Position numbers and translations under genes: made by a program
Source: Octopus vulgaris
Lineage: Eukaryota
Direction of reading: 5' to 3'
Length of the DNA stretch: 64,000 nt
NCBI GenBank assembly: GCA_951406725.2
Contig: OX597822.1
Coordinates: 82,646,001-82,710,000 of the forward strand
Part shown: in pieces, positions 50,787-64,000 of the stretch
Layout: each line of letters starts with the position of its first letter
Position numbering within the stretch: the first letter of the stretch is position 1
The notes under the pieces: model-generated
Told to the model about the DNA's origin: nothing
Database searches by the model: none
What the model saw: only the letters and a program-made list of their open reading frames with translations

Positions 50787-51768
50787 ACCTTGGCCTGTTC
50801 CTGCGTTATTTTCCTCGTATTTGATCGAGGATATTTTATAAGAATATTAAATCAACTCTAATACTTTACTGGTGCTTTATTTTATCAATCTTCCAAAAAC
50901 GAACAGCAAAGTTGACTCGGCAGGATTTCAATTCATTTTGTCCTCTCCAGTGGTTCTGACAATCTCGCTCGAAACTTCATACAAACCGCTAGTTTCTCGG
51001 TTGTCCGTGCGGTTACGAAATTCTTATATACAGATGATAAATCCGATTCGAAACCTTGGTCAATCCTTTTCTTCTACTGAACCTATCGAAAAATTACTTT
51101 TTTCTTTTTTTTTTCTTTTTTTTTTTTTTTACATATGAACCTACCCTTTTTGCTTTAACTTTTTCATACATCTTGATTGCATGTTTCATCTATTTTTAAC
51201 CATTTGTTGAGATGGCAGATTCCTATTGATTTGTCACCTGCAGTTTTTCCCCTCTCTGTCTTACTTGTTCTGTATCAAAGCTATCAGAAATTTGAACCCA
51301 ATCTTAACTTAATTTCTTTATTTAATACTTTATCTGTCAATATGCAATGAAAATTGCTTATCAAAGAACGTGTTTTATCTCGTTCACACTGGATTAGCAT
51401 CGTAAAAATTCTCTTCGCAGAAAATCATAAAGTTAATAACATAATTCCTAAATGGATTTAAACTTCTATAAATTCCACATTGTATTTGAAGTCGAGAGTG
51501 AGAGCGGAGTGGATGGAGATTGTTAGTCCTGAACCCCTTTCACTGCCAAATTGTTTTTATTAAACTTGAGATATTTTTCTTGGGTCGGCAAAAATAGAAT
51601 GAGAAGATAATCAACGCGTAGATAAAAATATAAAATGTTTGCTTTTATCCAACAATACAAATTGTTGAAACAGTCGATTTATTGTAAACATAACCTCGTT
51701 CTATTTTATAATTTGTTTTGCACAAAAACTTATGTGTGTATGTATGTATTTGTGTATATCTTTTGCTG

Positions 51769-52040
51769 GTTTCAGTCATTGGACTACGATCATGCTGGGG
51801 TACCACCTTTGAAGGGTTTAGGCGAACAAATCGACCCCAGTACTTGTTTTTTTTTTTAAAGCCTGGTACTTATTCTATCGGTCTCTGGGGCCGAACCAAA
51901 GGCAGAGACGTAAACAACCCAATACCGGTTGTCAAGCGGTAGTGGGGAACTCTGTTTCTGCCTACCGAATCCAGTCATAAGGCTTTAGTCCAATCGGAGC
52001 TCTCGCGTGATAAGTAGAGATACCACTATACTACCACCTG
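51769..52040 (-). mobile_element. SINE family A, partial; further copies at ~58758-58940(-) and 59467-59799(+)
   Basis: Family A motifs. Confidence 0.7.
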
Positions 52041-54229
52041 CGCGCGCGTCGTTAAGTCAAAAATGGTTTTGGGTACTGTGAACTGAAATGTTAATCCTTT
52101 TGCTTATCACGAAGATCCACGGGGCCAATGCTCAACTAGACTTGCTGTAGGAAGGATATTACTTTTATCCTTTTTACAGAGTTTCTGAGAAGTGGACGCG
52201 ACAAATCTCAACACCATTTTCTACTAACTTAGCGAATCATGATCTTGGGAGTGAAATATACCTGAATTAGATTTTAAATTGCCGAACCATAAACCGAAAA
52301 CTTGGTATTTTATCCGTTCAACTAATTCGTCTTTTGTTTATATATAAATCTATTCTAGAAACATGGTGCGTTTTTTGTAGTTGGCTTCTTCTTCGTATAT
52401 ACTTACCAGTGAATATAGGATTTAGTGCTAAACACATTGAACACTTAGCTTTACTCGCTAAACTATTGTCAGACCACTAGAGTTGAAAATGCTGGCTGAA
52501 ATCCAAAATTCCAAACCTCATTATTTCTTCATACAGCAAAAGGAATAACTAAAACCAAGGCAAGCCAACAAGCAAACTCTACGCAGTCGACCGAACTGTT
52601 AGAAATAGCAACCAAATTTACCCCAAACTCTTGTTTCTTGAAGCACTTAATCATTCCTCTGTCTAATCATTTTGGGGGTGGGGCTAATCAATTTTTAGTC
52701 AAAATGTGTTTCAGAATTTACTTTCTCTGTAAGGCGACAAGCTGGTAAAACCGTTGGTACGCCGAGCAAAATACTTTATGGCATTTCGTCCGTCTTCACG
52801 TTGTGAGTTCTAATTCCACCAAGGTCGGCTTTGCCTTTCGTCCATTTGGAGTCGATAAAGTAAGTACCAGTTGAGAACTGGGATCGATGCAATCGACTTA
52901 TCCCCTTCCACGAACTTACTGGCCTTGTACCAAAATTTGAAATATATATTTTCTCTGGCCTGTCAACTTCAAGCCAATGTCAGTTAGCCAGACCAATGAT
53001 CAAAGATATTCCAACCACGACGACCTCGTCTTGTGTGTGTTTACAAGTATATCCGATGTGTCCTTTTCGTAATCAAGGCTAGAATATGACTTGAGATTTG
53101 ATCACTATTTCCAGTTGGTCAGCTGACAGTCTAGAGAATCCTGTGTAGAGAATTTCTCATTGAATACCTAAGTTCGATGTCAGGTATGTCATATTGTTGT
53201 ATACTCAATCGACTACACTACTTCTTCCGTGCTTTTTTGATCCCGACGTTTGTGTTGTGTTGTTCGTTAACACTTGTGTTGATCAAGCCGGCCTAGGATC
53301 ACATCGTTCTTCAGGGACTGATAAAATAAAGTACTAGTCAGGTACGTGGATCGATTTAATAGACAAATCTCCACAGACCTCGGACTTATCTTTGAAACAA
53401 CTATTTCACTTTGATCGAGTTTCTGCTACATGTTTATGTATTTGTTTGGACTCTTCACAATAATTCAAGAGATGACATGTGAAGAAATTATATAATGTTA
53501 GAAAGTGAGTGGAGCTGGTGTAGGCGATGGGTAGGGTGTAAACAAAGAACTTGAAGCAAAGTACGATTGCAGCTGTTGCAGCTGCTGATGCGATTATGAA
53601 AGAGTGAACTTGGCAACTTGCAATGATCTAGTACACCATCTTGACATTCAAACGACAGACGTCGCCTGTAGGGAAAACAACCGAGTGTCTGTATGTGTAC
53701 GTGTGCGCTTGCATGAGGATCTTTATTCATTAAAAAGCTCATCATCCACATTCGCGTTATCATCAGTCTTGCAGGGCGTAAATTAGTGATAATGTTAGCA
53801 GAGTTTCGTTGCTCTGATGCATCAAATGAATGAATGCTGTTCGGAAGCTATCGTAATAATTACTTTGAGAGTAAGCAAAGCATGAATGAAAAATATAATT
53901 AGCCGCAAATAAAACATCGACTATCAAAAAAACTGTCTTAGCTGTAATACAATTATTTATTTTAATGTTCGTATTGAAACCTGTTTTACCCCCACACACC
54001 CATCTTCTGAAGAACGCCCATTACCTTTTTTATAACAGTCAGTTGTTTCATTGTATATTCATTATGCAATAGTCATTATAATTCGTACTTTAATAATAAT
54101 GATGATAATAATCTCATCAACCACTAAGGTTTGACATAAGCATTGAGGACGGTACACACAACACAGAGTAGGATTACGTGAAGAAGCGAGTGAAAAAGAA
54201 AATAACAGAAACACAAAAATTCAGAGAAT

Positions 54230-55150
54230 AATTCTCCAGAAGGGCGGAAGTAATTCTGTGGGCTGCTCGTGGAAGCCCTACAAAACAATGACCACCCTGA
54301 TTACTAGTGCCCTCTTTTTGTTGTCTTCCAATTTACTGGTGCATTCTCAGAACAGACCCGTGCTCGTCACTCTCGTCCATCTTTCAATAAATTTACTGAG
54401 AGGCATCACTTCCCTCTCCACTCACTTTCTTTTTCTAGTTGGCAATGGCTTAGCCAAAGAAAAAGGTGTCTACCTCCAAACCTTTCACACAACCTCTTTC
54501 ACCAAAGTCCCCAGTTAGATGAATACTGTCTGATCCTCTCGGCCAAAAAAAAAAGGGTGAAAAGACGATCTTCACCATAGACTCAACTGTAGTAGGACCC
54601 CTTCCACATGTGACAGCAGTTTTTCGATATAACCTCACAAGTCGGCAATGCTCAGACATTGGACGAGTGCATACAGAAACTTTTCGTTGCTCAGCATGCA
54701 TTTTATTTAGGTCCGGCTGACAGCACTTCTGCACCTACAGAGTTTATCTCGAACCGGTGATAAATCTCTGGCCTTGACAACGCCACAATGTCCCTCTGTG
54801 GCATTGCCGAAGTCAGAAATTTCTCAAAATTATTCATGAGCCCGAGCCCGAAAGTCCTTCGAAATAGATCCACTAGTTGATTTTTATTGATGCCCACAAT
54901 TAACCTGAAAACGTTGTCACTATTACTCCTCTTTAATCCTTTACAGAACACCAACGTCGTACCTTCACCGACTGATTGATGGTGTTGTGAGCTTTGACAA
55001 CATTCTAGATGCCAAGTGTCTTGTCTCGGTTTTTCAAGATGCAGGACTGCAGCTCTATCAAAGAAACGAGCTGAGGAAAAACATATCTGACAAACAACGA
55101 CAGTTCCTGTTCAAGGAATTGCTGGAGATGCCGCAGTCTCAGCGCATAAT
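54230..55150 (-). pseudogene. Decayed 3' portion of the same Tx1/L1-clade LINE family
   Basis: VFCKGLKRSNSDNVF..GINKNQLVDLFRRTFGLGLMNNFEKFL aligns with AFYRGLVEGRYDDEL..DVDEEYLTRLFRTTFGPGPMDNFQRSL; GAGATGCCGCAGTCTCA shared with ~9249. Confidence 0.8.
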
Positions 55151-58100
55151 TACTCACATATGCTCAGTCCTTTACTCAGTGGATGACAATGAACGTTGAA
55201 TAGAGGGTTTAGAAATACGCTGAGGGTGGAACAGCCAAGTTATATAAAGACTATATGGTGGGTGAAAGATGTTATACAATTAAAGTGGAAATAGGTTTAA
55301 AATATGCTATGTGCACATTTCTGTTGTGTCTGCTTATTGACAACGTTGTAACAGTGAGGGAAAACTGGACATGTTGGAGAAATGGACCTCTTAGCTTCCT
55401 GGCTAGGTCCTGAAGCACGACTCTTCTTTTTTCTTTCTTTTTAACTGTTCGAGACGAAAAGCTCTCAAGTGATTCTTGAGATCACAAGCATAACAGTTCT
55501 GTCAGATTTGTGTCTTCAGTAGGAACCTGCTTTTGTCAGAATTTCCTTGTTTGATACAATAATAGCGAACGTGCATGTGGAAAGCTGTGTGCCATTGTTT
55601 CCCTTGTTATTATTTTGCGCAAATCTTCGAATAAATCTCTTATGAGAAACACCAGATAATCATTTTTTTGTGCTAATATCAATGTTCGTCTTTTCATTTA
55701 CATTTTTCTGGTTTTGTGGGTTTTTTTGTGCAGTTTTTATTTGTTGAAGGGCACATTGAATTCAACTCGTGAAGAAGATATTTTCAAAATGTAATTTTTT
55801 CCTATAAATTTGGCTAAAAATATAAATGAGTAAATCAAAACCGTCGCCTTTTTGAAAAATAATTCCTCGCAAAGAGACACCTAAGTTGTAGCCCCAGTTC
55901 TGCAAAGACGTTTTACTATAATTATTGTTTCTAACAGACACACATGATCACAAATTTAGGGGAAGTGATTAGGTGGTTCAATCAAAACCCGTATTTGACT
56001 GTTACTTTATTTTATCGAAGGATGGATGAAAAACCAAGTTGACTTTAGTAAGATTTGAACTCAGAATGTAAGAGCCGGAAGAAATACAGCAAGGTATTTT
56101 CTCTGATGCTCGGATTCTAAGCAAATGGTTATATATTTTTTTTTCGTTCCTCTGAGTTCAAATCACGCCGTTGTCAGTTCTTCAAGGTTGTTGTTTAGAC
56201 TCAAGTTAGCCCAGCATACCTTATGATGTAAGATACTCTAACCGCGACTATTATATCTTTTATTCAGTCAGAGTACATCCAGGACCACATTATCTAATTT
56301 CTTCTCTTGACGATACTGTAGGGTGTTATTTGAAGTTTGGTTGCTGTTTCCAGTAGGCCTAGCGTCCTCGTACATGATCTCTTTAAGAGTTGTTTAAATA
56401 AACAGCAGTACTATGTTGGTGTCAAATCAGTTGTATGTACCTTTTTCCCTACAAAACTTTGACCTGTTCCAAAGCAACAAATTAACAGGTTTTCTGATGA
56501 AGTATAAAGTTGTTTCTTTTTTTTTTTTTTAAGTCCGTGTACAGTTGAGGGAAGAATTTCCTGATGTCTCTCCACCAAATAGAGGAAGGAGAAAGTTTGT
56601 TGTCTTTCACCTGTCGAAGTTTGAAATGCTCTCTCCGACGAAGAGCTTAATCCGGAACTTTAGGAAATTCTTTTCTCGACGAAATACGAGCGTAGAATTT
56701 ACAATACTTTACTAACAAATGGTTTTGAAGCGCTGTAGGCGAGCCGATTTCTTTTAAGAACGGTAGAGTTCAGAAAGGATTGAACGCCGCATAATACCAC
56801 CTTCAATAAATTTGCAGCATTTGTATCTAAATTGCTAAGCAGTGTCTAATTTAATACTGTTCAATTCCGATTTCTGTTCTTGTCTATATTGGATGTACCT
56901 TTTCATTCAAGCAGATTGAATGAAATAGTTGTCTGACACTGGGCTCCATTCAACGACAGCCTCTTTCAAATTTGTTCATCGTTTCAAATCAGTTTTAAGT
57001 TAGCATTCCACATTTCTGGGATCGATAAAATAAGTTCTGAAGCAATGTAATACTATCCTTCTTTAAAAACAAAATTGGCCTTGAAAAATAAATCAATGCC
57101 TAATTTTGTCAGTTATTACTATGTGAATATTGACTTCAGCTAGCATCAGAAGAAGAGATATATTATTTAATGTTTCGCTAATGCTTATATCTAGGCTATT
57201 TTTAAAGCCATTTGCCTGGTTAGCATTATCAACTTGCTTTGGAGAGATTATTCGCATCTTTGATCTATATTCTATTGGACATAAAACACACACATCTAGC
57301 GAAGAGTGATTCATGATAACTGGCAACACCTTTATAAGTTTTGGTCTCTTTGATTTACTTGTCAAGTCTTCGATTGTTTATTGAAGTGGAATGATTCAGT
57401 TTTCACACATACACGTAGTAAATAAAATATTGTAAAACATTTAATCACTTTTTTTTTCATTATGCTTATAAAAGATAAGAAGTGATGACATTTACACATC
57501 TCCAAAGTGCATTAATTACAGAAATGGTTTCAAATTGGGATTTATGACTGCCACAAAATCAATTCGTCGAAACTTAGCATTGCACCACATTTCCCAAATA
57601 CCGCGCATAAAAGGTTGCCAGGTTCGACCTATTGTCGTTTACATCACTGTCATCTATCTCTACCATAATAAAGGTGAATGACCGAATTCGACGAGCGCTT
57701 CTTCTTAGCGTAATTTTTAGGCAGTAAATTATTAGAATATGTTACTTGCATTTTCGAGGCATTCTCAGTCTGTGAAGAAGATTATATTGTAAGTTTGTTG
57801 ATACGTAATATTTTTGAAAACTGTAATCCCATTTTTAAGGGTTTTTAAAAATTTTTATTTATTTATTTATTTATTTATTTTTTGTAGAATTAAAATATTT
57901 CATATGAACGAGTGCATATTTAGCAAGATTGAAAGTAAACTAAATGTTTAGATCTTAGATAATGCTCTCTTTTGGAATATACGGTCACTATTCAACTATC
58001 TAAATTAAGCACTAATTTTACCATTGATTTTTCAATAAAAGATATAAAGAAAAACAAGCGGACTTAATTTTGCTTTGCAACCTTGACTGGTACTATTTCT

Positions 58101-60249
58101 TCCGACAACATACTTAAATATGCACCCTATCTACCTCTTGCTTTCTTCCTCCTAATGTTTACTCTATATTTACTACTACCATCCCTTCAAAACAGTATAT
58201 AATACTTATGCCATGCGGTCGTCTCCCGCGGTTTATAATCAGCACAAGCCATGTGTTTCCTTACTCTGGTCTCTCTTTGGCGCTTTTCTAGGTTAATTTA
58301 TGCAATTCTCGAGTAAAAAGTGTTTAGCTTGTTATTTGCTAACCACTTACATTGTTTTCGTGGATAATCTGTTTATATCCATTTATTCGAATTATGGAAA
58401 TTTACATATTTTCCATCAAATTTATTTTCCATAAATAAACAAATGTTGTAAATATATATATTTGACCTTATGACTATATTTCGTTTGATTCGCCGAATCT
58501 TATTTTGTTTCTTTCTCTTAGACATACATTATACCATTTCATTCCTCAAGAACGGAATTTGGTAGCTGGAGACAGTTTGCTAAATTGTGTCTTTTGCAGA
58601 TGAATCGTATAACCGGTGTATTTAACTATATAGCATATAGAGTTTAGTACAGTTATATATGCATGTATGTACATGCAAAAATTTTCTCCTCTCTCACGTG
58701 AGAGAGGTATACATATATAGGTGTGTGTATGTATGTATATATGTATATGTGTGTGTGTCATTAGACTGAGCCCATGCTGGAGAACCGCCTTATAGATTTT
58801 TTTAGTCGAGTGCATCGATCACTGTACTTATTTTTAAACACACCAACACCGGTTGTCAAGTGGTTGTGGGAACACATGTACAAAGACAGTTTCCGTCTAC
58901 CAAATCCACTCACAAGTCTTTGGTCGGCCTAAGGTGCAACACGCACACACACACACACGTATCTGTATATGTGTAAAGTAGTACCAAGGTGACTGTTATT
59001 TCTCAGAGCTTCGCGTGTATCGTCCCTGATCGCGTAACTGAAGATTAACATACAAACTATAGTGTTGCCAACAAATATGGGAAATATGAGCAACAATTGA
59101 ATGATAAGTCATTGTCAGAAATTATGAATGCAGTCACAATAAAAAAGAAAATTGTGTAAACTCTATGTGTGCGTGTAGTTTCACAAACAGGCGAAGTATA
59201 ACTCAAATACATTAAGCGGAATAGGCCTGGTAGCTGCTGTGACTCAATGGCCTAGAGTTTCTTTATAATTATTGACACGAAACTCTAGGCCCTTGAGTGA
59301 CTGGAGTCCCTCGGCTAATACAAAACTTGCATTTTGAATGTGTGTATGTGTGGGGGGGGGGGAGTAGGAGTGAAGTGACACATTTATTGCTGGCTGTGTC
59401 TGCGTGCGCATATATGTGCGTACATATGAATAGTCGTGCTCAAGACTATGTGTGTGTGTGTGTGTGACGCAGGCGTTGCTGTGTGGTAAAGACGTTTATT
59501 TTCCAAACCACATGGTTCCGGATTCAGTTCCATTGCGTGTCACCTTTGGCAAGTGTCTTACGAGTGGATTTGGTAGGCGGAACCTGAAAGAAGCCCGTCG
59601 ATATATATGCCTATATGTCTTTGTGCTTGTCCTTCTCTATCACTTGACAACCAGAGTTGATTTGTTTACGCCCCTATTAACTAGTGGTTCGGCAAAAGAG
59701 ACCGACAGCATAAGTACCAGGATTAAAAATTTTTTAAAAATTAAAAAAACAGGGTTCGGTATCTCAGCATAACCGCAGTCGAGTGACTGAAACAAATAAG
59801 TCCAAAGGTGAGTGTGTGTGTTCACTCACGCACACATAATAACGTTAGATAGGTTTCGACCAGTATTCGTCCAAACCGTGTTTAATTTAATGTTGAAGTT
59901 TTTAAAGCCTCATTTTTGGAGTACTCCAAGTAAGAAATTTATGTTGCAGAAACATCCATGTTTCGTTTAAGGACAGTATTGAATAGAGCAAGGCCATTTG
60001 AGAACAAAATTGCTGTTACAAATGTAGTTGTGTCCGTCGAATTGGACTTTTAGAAATCTGCGGTATTCAGTCCCACTATTTGGTGATTTATAAACGTGAC
60101 GCTAACATCGTATGAACCACGGTGACGGTATGTTCTCTCCTCAAACGATGTTGAGTTCACGGTGGCATTTGGAAAGTCTGCGGTGCTTCAACTCTCATAT
60201 TTTCTTTGGTGTAGGGTAGTAACAGGTGAGGCCACGCACAAAAGGATCA

Positions 60250-60720
60250 TATTTGCATTTTTGAATTGTAAGTTCTCAGGATTTAAGAGCTTATTTTGGG
60301 AGCCATAGCCACTTTATTTTGATATAGGCACTCCAACTGAAATTGTAGATAATATTTCTAAACTTCTATTGTTAGATACCACGAGAAATTCTCTTGGAAG
60401 AAGAGCTTGTCTGAGCTTCCTCTTTTCCAGAGTAGCTGAACCTCAACTACACCACCACCCTTCACTTACTGTATTACAAGTAGATCAGATTGGAGTTTTA
60501 TCCGGTCATTTACTCGTTGTTGTTTTTTTAATTAGTAGTTTGCAAATATTAAAATTTTTCTGTACAGAGACATGAGTGGTGTTAGTTTAGATTATGAAGT
60601 GGACTTGATAAGTGGGTGGGGGAACACTTGTGGCTTTTGGTGGGTTTCGATCACTTCTTTGGGTTCTACTTGCCATTGAAACACTTAATCTAATGCAGTA
60701 GTTTTCCACGAATTACAACG
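60250..60720 (-). pseudogene. Highly decayed C-terminal restriction-like endonuclease region of a non-LTR element
   Basis: Minus-strand remnants resembling W..EP.EVIE, then DLLVI..VVEV, then ISVG. Confidence 0.35.
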
Positions 60721-61219
60721 CTAGGTGTTGTGATTTGTTAAAGGCCTTACTGTTGTAGAAGATTGTCACTCTCCATGAAGTCAATTATTCTTGACTTCCT
60801 TCCAAATAATTGGACAAGAGATCAGTCGGTGGTTTGATACAAGCGCCTTAATTCTTTTAAAACCCAGCGTGTGCGTATGTGGTGGTCCAAACAGGTAATT
60901 AGGACTCAAAACATGAGTATATATATTTTTAACAATCGGCAGAAGTTAATGACCCAGAGGCTTAGTTTCGTAATTCACTGTAGCCATTTTTGAAGACCAT
61001 GGAAGTGTTGTTTTAGGGAGATTAGTTACTGTTTCTAGCTGCTTGAGTAACTACTTAAAAGCTACTTTATTGGCGCTTCAGAAAGCTGAATTTTTGGCGA
61101 AAATTAAATGCTTAATTGTTACACACTGCATGCATATATATATATAATATACATATACATACACACGTTTATATATTCGTTTTGCAAGATTCTTGATGTG
61201 AATCCGTGTGTTGAAACAG

Positions 61220-61376
61220 GTATTATTGTGTTTGGGGGATGCTCATGTTGCCAATTTAGCCACTGAAAACACACGCACTATATATTTGGTGTTCACTTGC
61301 TTCGTGAACAACAAATATATAGTGCTTGTGTTTTCATTGGCTAAACTGGCAACATGACCACCCCCGAATATAATAC
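61220..61376. repeat. Foldback palindrome (~75-bp arms, 7-nt loop)
   Basis: CATGTTGCCAATTTAGCCACTGAAAACACACGCACTATATATTTG.TGTTCAC / GTGAACA.CAAATATATAGTGCTTGTGTTTTCATTGGCTAAACTGGCAACATG. Confidence 0.88.
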
Positions 61377-61392
61377 AATATATATATATATA

Positions 61393-61762
61393 TATATATA
61401 TAGTAGTAACAGAAAAGAGGAATTTCGGTTGTCCCAACGTGGTGGATTGTAATGTATATAAGAAAAATAAAAACGGAAAATACGCACACTTACATGGTTA
61501 TAATATAATTTTTAATGTATCGACCGGTTTCGCAATCGCTATTCATGATACAATGTTTAATTTATATGAAAATAGATTTTTTCTTAAGAAGGAAATGGGT
61601 CCATGTTGTTTATAATGAGATTCGAAACCGGTCGATACATTAAAAATTATACTATAACCATGTAAGTGTGCATATTTTCCGTTTTTATTTTTCTTATATA
61701 CATTACAATCCACCACGTTGGGACAACCGAAATTCCTCTTTTCTGTTACTACTATATATATA
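61393..61762. mobile_element. Near-perfect inverted repeat (arms 61401-61532 and 61623-61754, ~90-bp spacer) bounded by (TA)n; Penelope-like terminal inversion
   Basis: Two mismatches seen across ~132 bp; contains a hammerhead motif. Confidence 0.8.
61516..61552 (-). ncRNA. Minimal hammerhead motif with compensated A3-U8 core
   Basis: Minus strand: tgtatc-ATGAATA-GC gatt GC-GAAA CCGG TC-gataca; perfect 6-bp stem I, GUC triplet. Confidence 0.7.
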
Positions 61763-63315
61763 TTAGTCGACCGTACACGAAACTTTAACATCTTCGTACT
61801 ATAATTTTTTTCTGTACAAAATAGTATTAGCTGATTGCCAGTCCTCATTGGACGATTTTTAATTCAATTTCTTTCTCTTCGACGGATTGTCTTTACTAAG
61901 ACCGATGAGCACCGACATCTCTTGACTATAATGAATGACCGTCAACTCGCCTAGGTTCCTCCGAACCTTTGACGGGTCTTTGTTTTTCATCCCGCAAGGT
62001 GTCCAAAATCACCCTTCTCGCCAAGCGGGCTTGATGGTGTTGCCAGTGACCCGACCATGCAACAGGTTGTACTGGGTTACATGTTACTAGTAGCTCTACA
62101 GCGACCTAACTTCTATATTATCATTCAATTACCCTAAAACTCTACACAAGCTAAAATGTGTTATCGGCCTTTTTTTTCTTTTAAATTCACGAGCATCTTT
62201 TAAAACTTCTGCAAATAGAAATGAAATACCTTGCATAAGAAGCAAATCATTTTTCAAAATTTAAAAAATATTTCTTTATTCCTGATTTGTTGACCAGCAC
62301 ACCTACTCCTTGATGGCTATCTAAATGTCATTTCATTGAAAGGGGCTTCTTAGCGTTCCCCATTGAATTGATTTTTCGGAATATTTAGAATTTGAGCTGG
62401 AAGAAGGACCAATGATGACTGTTGATCATTTAGAATTCTTGCTTGTTCTAGGTTTTTGAAATAAAGCTGGTTACACTTAATCGGTTCAGCTCACCGATTT
62501 CTCTTATACATACATACATACGAAAGAACAGACAAAAGAAAAAAAGGAAGGAAATAAGTGCTTTACGAATTTGACCTTCGGGCGGATGATCAAGTTGAAT
62601 TGGATACGTTCATCAGTGTTTCTAACATTCGATCTAGTACTATGCAATTGGATCTGTCATCATAACCAGTTTTGATGTTTTCGACCACATGCATGACCAG
62701 TCGTTTAAATCTAGTTGGTTTTACGCCTAACTTGGATTAAAATTCACTACTGTATGAATTAATTATTGTTTCTAATATAGGCTCATGACCAGTATTTTAG
62801 GGGGGGGGGCGGAGTTGATACAAAGTTGACCTCACTGGGATTTGAACTGAGAACGTAAAGAACCGGAACAAATATCGCGAAGCATCTTGTCTGGCGCTCT
62901 AATGAGTCTGCCAATCTACTGCCCTAGTGTAAGAATTATTGTCTTTACTCGTGTATGAGTCACAAAATCTGAGATGCGACTTCTACACGGAGCAAAGCTA
63001 AAATGAAGGGAGGAAATTGTGCCAAGATTTAACGCTGAATTAAGGTTGCGACTATTTCCTAGTAAATACAGTAATAATTTCATAAAAGTCATGGTGAACG
63101 ATACTTTCATTATGCCTATTTCATCGTATATTGTTGTAATCTACTTTTCTCCATTAACGTTTGCCAAATATGTTTCGTGCTTACTAAGAGACACATAAAT
63201 TGTGAATCTTTGTGGTTGGCTGAATTGAACATACGAAGGACCGTTTTGTCCTCGTTTACGACTTGGCTCTTGAGCCAGATGACGCACATGAACGATTCAC
63301 TTGATGTATTTGGAC

Positions 63316-63521
63316 CAGTTGTTCTCAACCATTTTTTCCCTGTGAACCCCTTCGATTTTTATTTTACTTGGGGGACCCTCAGTCATTCGATATATACACA
63401 CACATATATATATATATATATATAATTAAATATTATTTTGTGTATTGTTGAAGTATAACCAATTTATTCCAGATCAATTTTAACTACAAAATCTTATCTG
63501 GAACCCGGTTGAGGACTACTC
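63316..63521. mobile_element. hAT-like MITE
   Basis: CAGTTGTTCTCAACC...GGTTGAGGACTACTC; 8-bp TSD ATTTGGAC vs ATTTAGAC. Confidence 0.7.
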
Positions 63522-63850
63522 ATTTAGACAGTATAGCTTTACGTGATTTGCATGTTAGGACCCTTAATCTGACAACTACTAGTACTTCTACTAAACTACT
63601 ATATAACATGACTTCTGTGTCATGTTGGGTCAATGAGAATTCCACCCCGAAAAATTACACCAGTTTTCAAGGTGTGTGAAATAATCTAAATTTTTTTAGT
63701 CAATTTCAAATGTCCGAAACAAATGTTGACCTTCACATTTTTATGGAGGGCTTTATAGTGATTTCAATGATGCATTCATTCACTTATCTAGTTTCTCCAC
63801 TAAATTTCACGCAAATTTCTGTACACACCTAACGTTGCCACTAAAGTGTC

Positions 63851-63853
<3 letters not shown>

Positions 63854-63910
<57 letters not shown>
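63854..63910. repeat. (CT)n microsatellite, representative of dozens of TA/CA/CT tracts across the window
   Basis: Directly visible. Confidence 0.95.
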
Positions 63911-63912
<2 letters not shown>

Positions 63913-64000
63913 TTTTTGTCATTGGAATAAAGCCATTGTTTAGGATATCGACCGTGATAGTCCTAGCTCGATCTGCATTTATTATTCTAAGACCGTATGA

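Overview
Eukaryotic, AT-rich, repeat-saturated genomic DNA. The SINE families and microsatellite style look like octopus/coleoid cephalopod; this is inference from recalled repeat sequences, not a database hit. Almost all ORFs in the six-frame track are microsatellite or SINE artefacts. The only long real ORF is a young, 5'-truncated Tx1/L1-clade LINE (8040-10214, minus; RT plus CCHC knuckle) inserted into a compound (GATA)n array. Two decayed relatives lie at about 29.8-31.2 kb and 54.2-55.2 kb. The window also holds dozens of SINEs from at least four families, Merlin-, piggyBac- and hAT-like MITEs, and several foldback palindromes. A candidate bidirectional promoter at about 38.9-40.5 kb has a plausible first coding exon (MSRKRKSSSLKLRI|GTAAGT). 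The most notable observations are: (1) a series of minimal hammerhead-ribozyme motifs, mostly in (TA)n-bounded Penelope-like cassettes, two of which carry compensated 3:8 core pairs (U3-A8, A3-U8) and two of which have very long stem II; (2) a SINE subfamily sharing its 3' end with the Tx1 LINE; (3) a 45-nt candidate exon bracketed by inverted SINEs; (4) a sharp CpG-depletion boundary near 28 kb. SINE and degenerate-repeat boundaries are approximate; all alignments and counts were done by eye.
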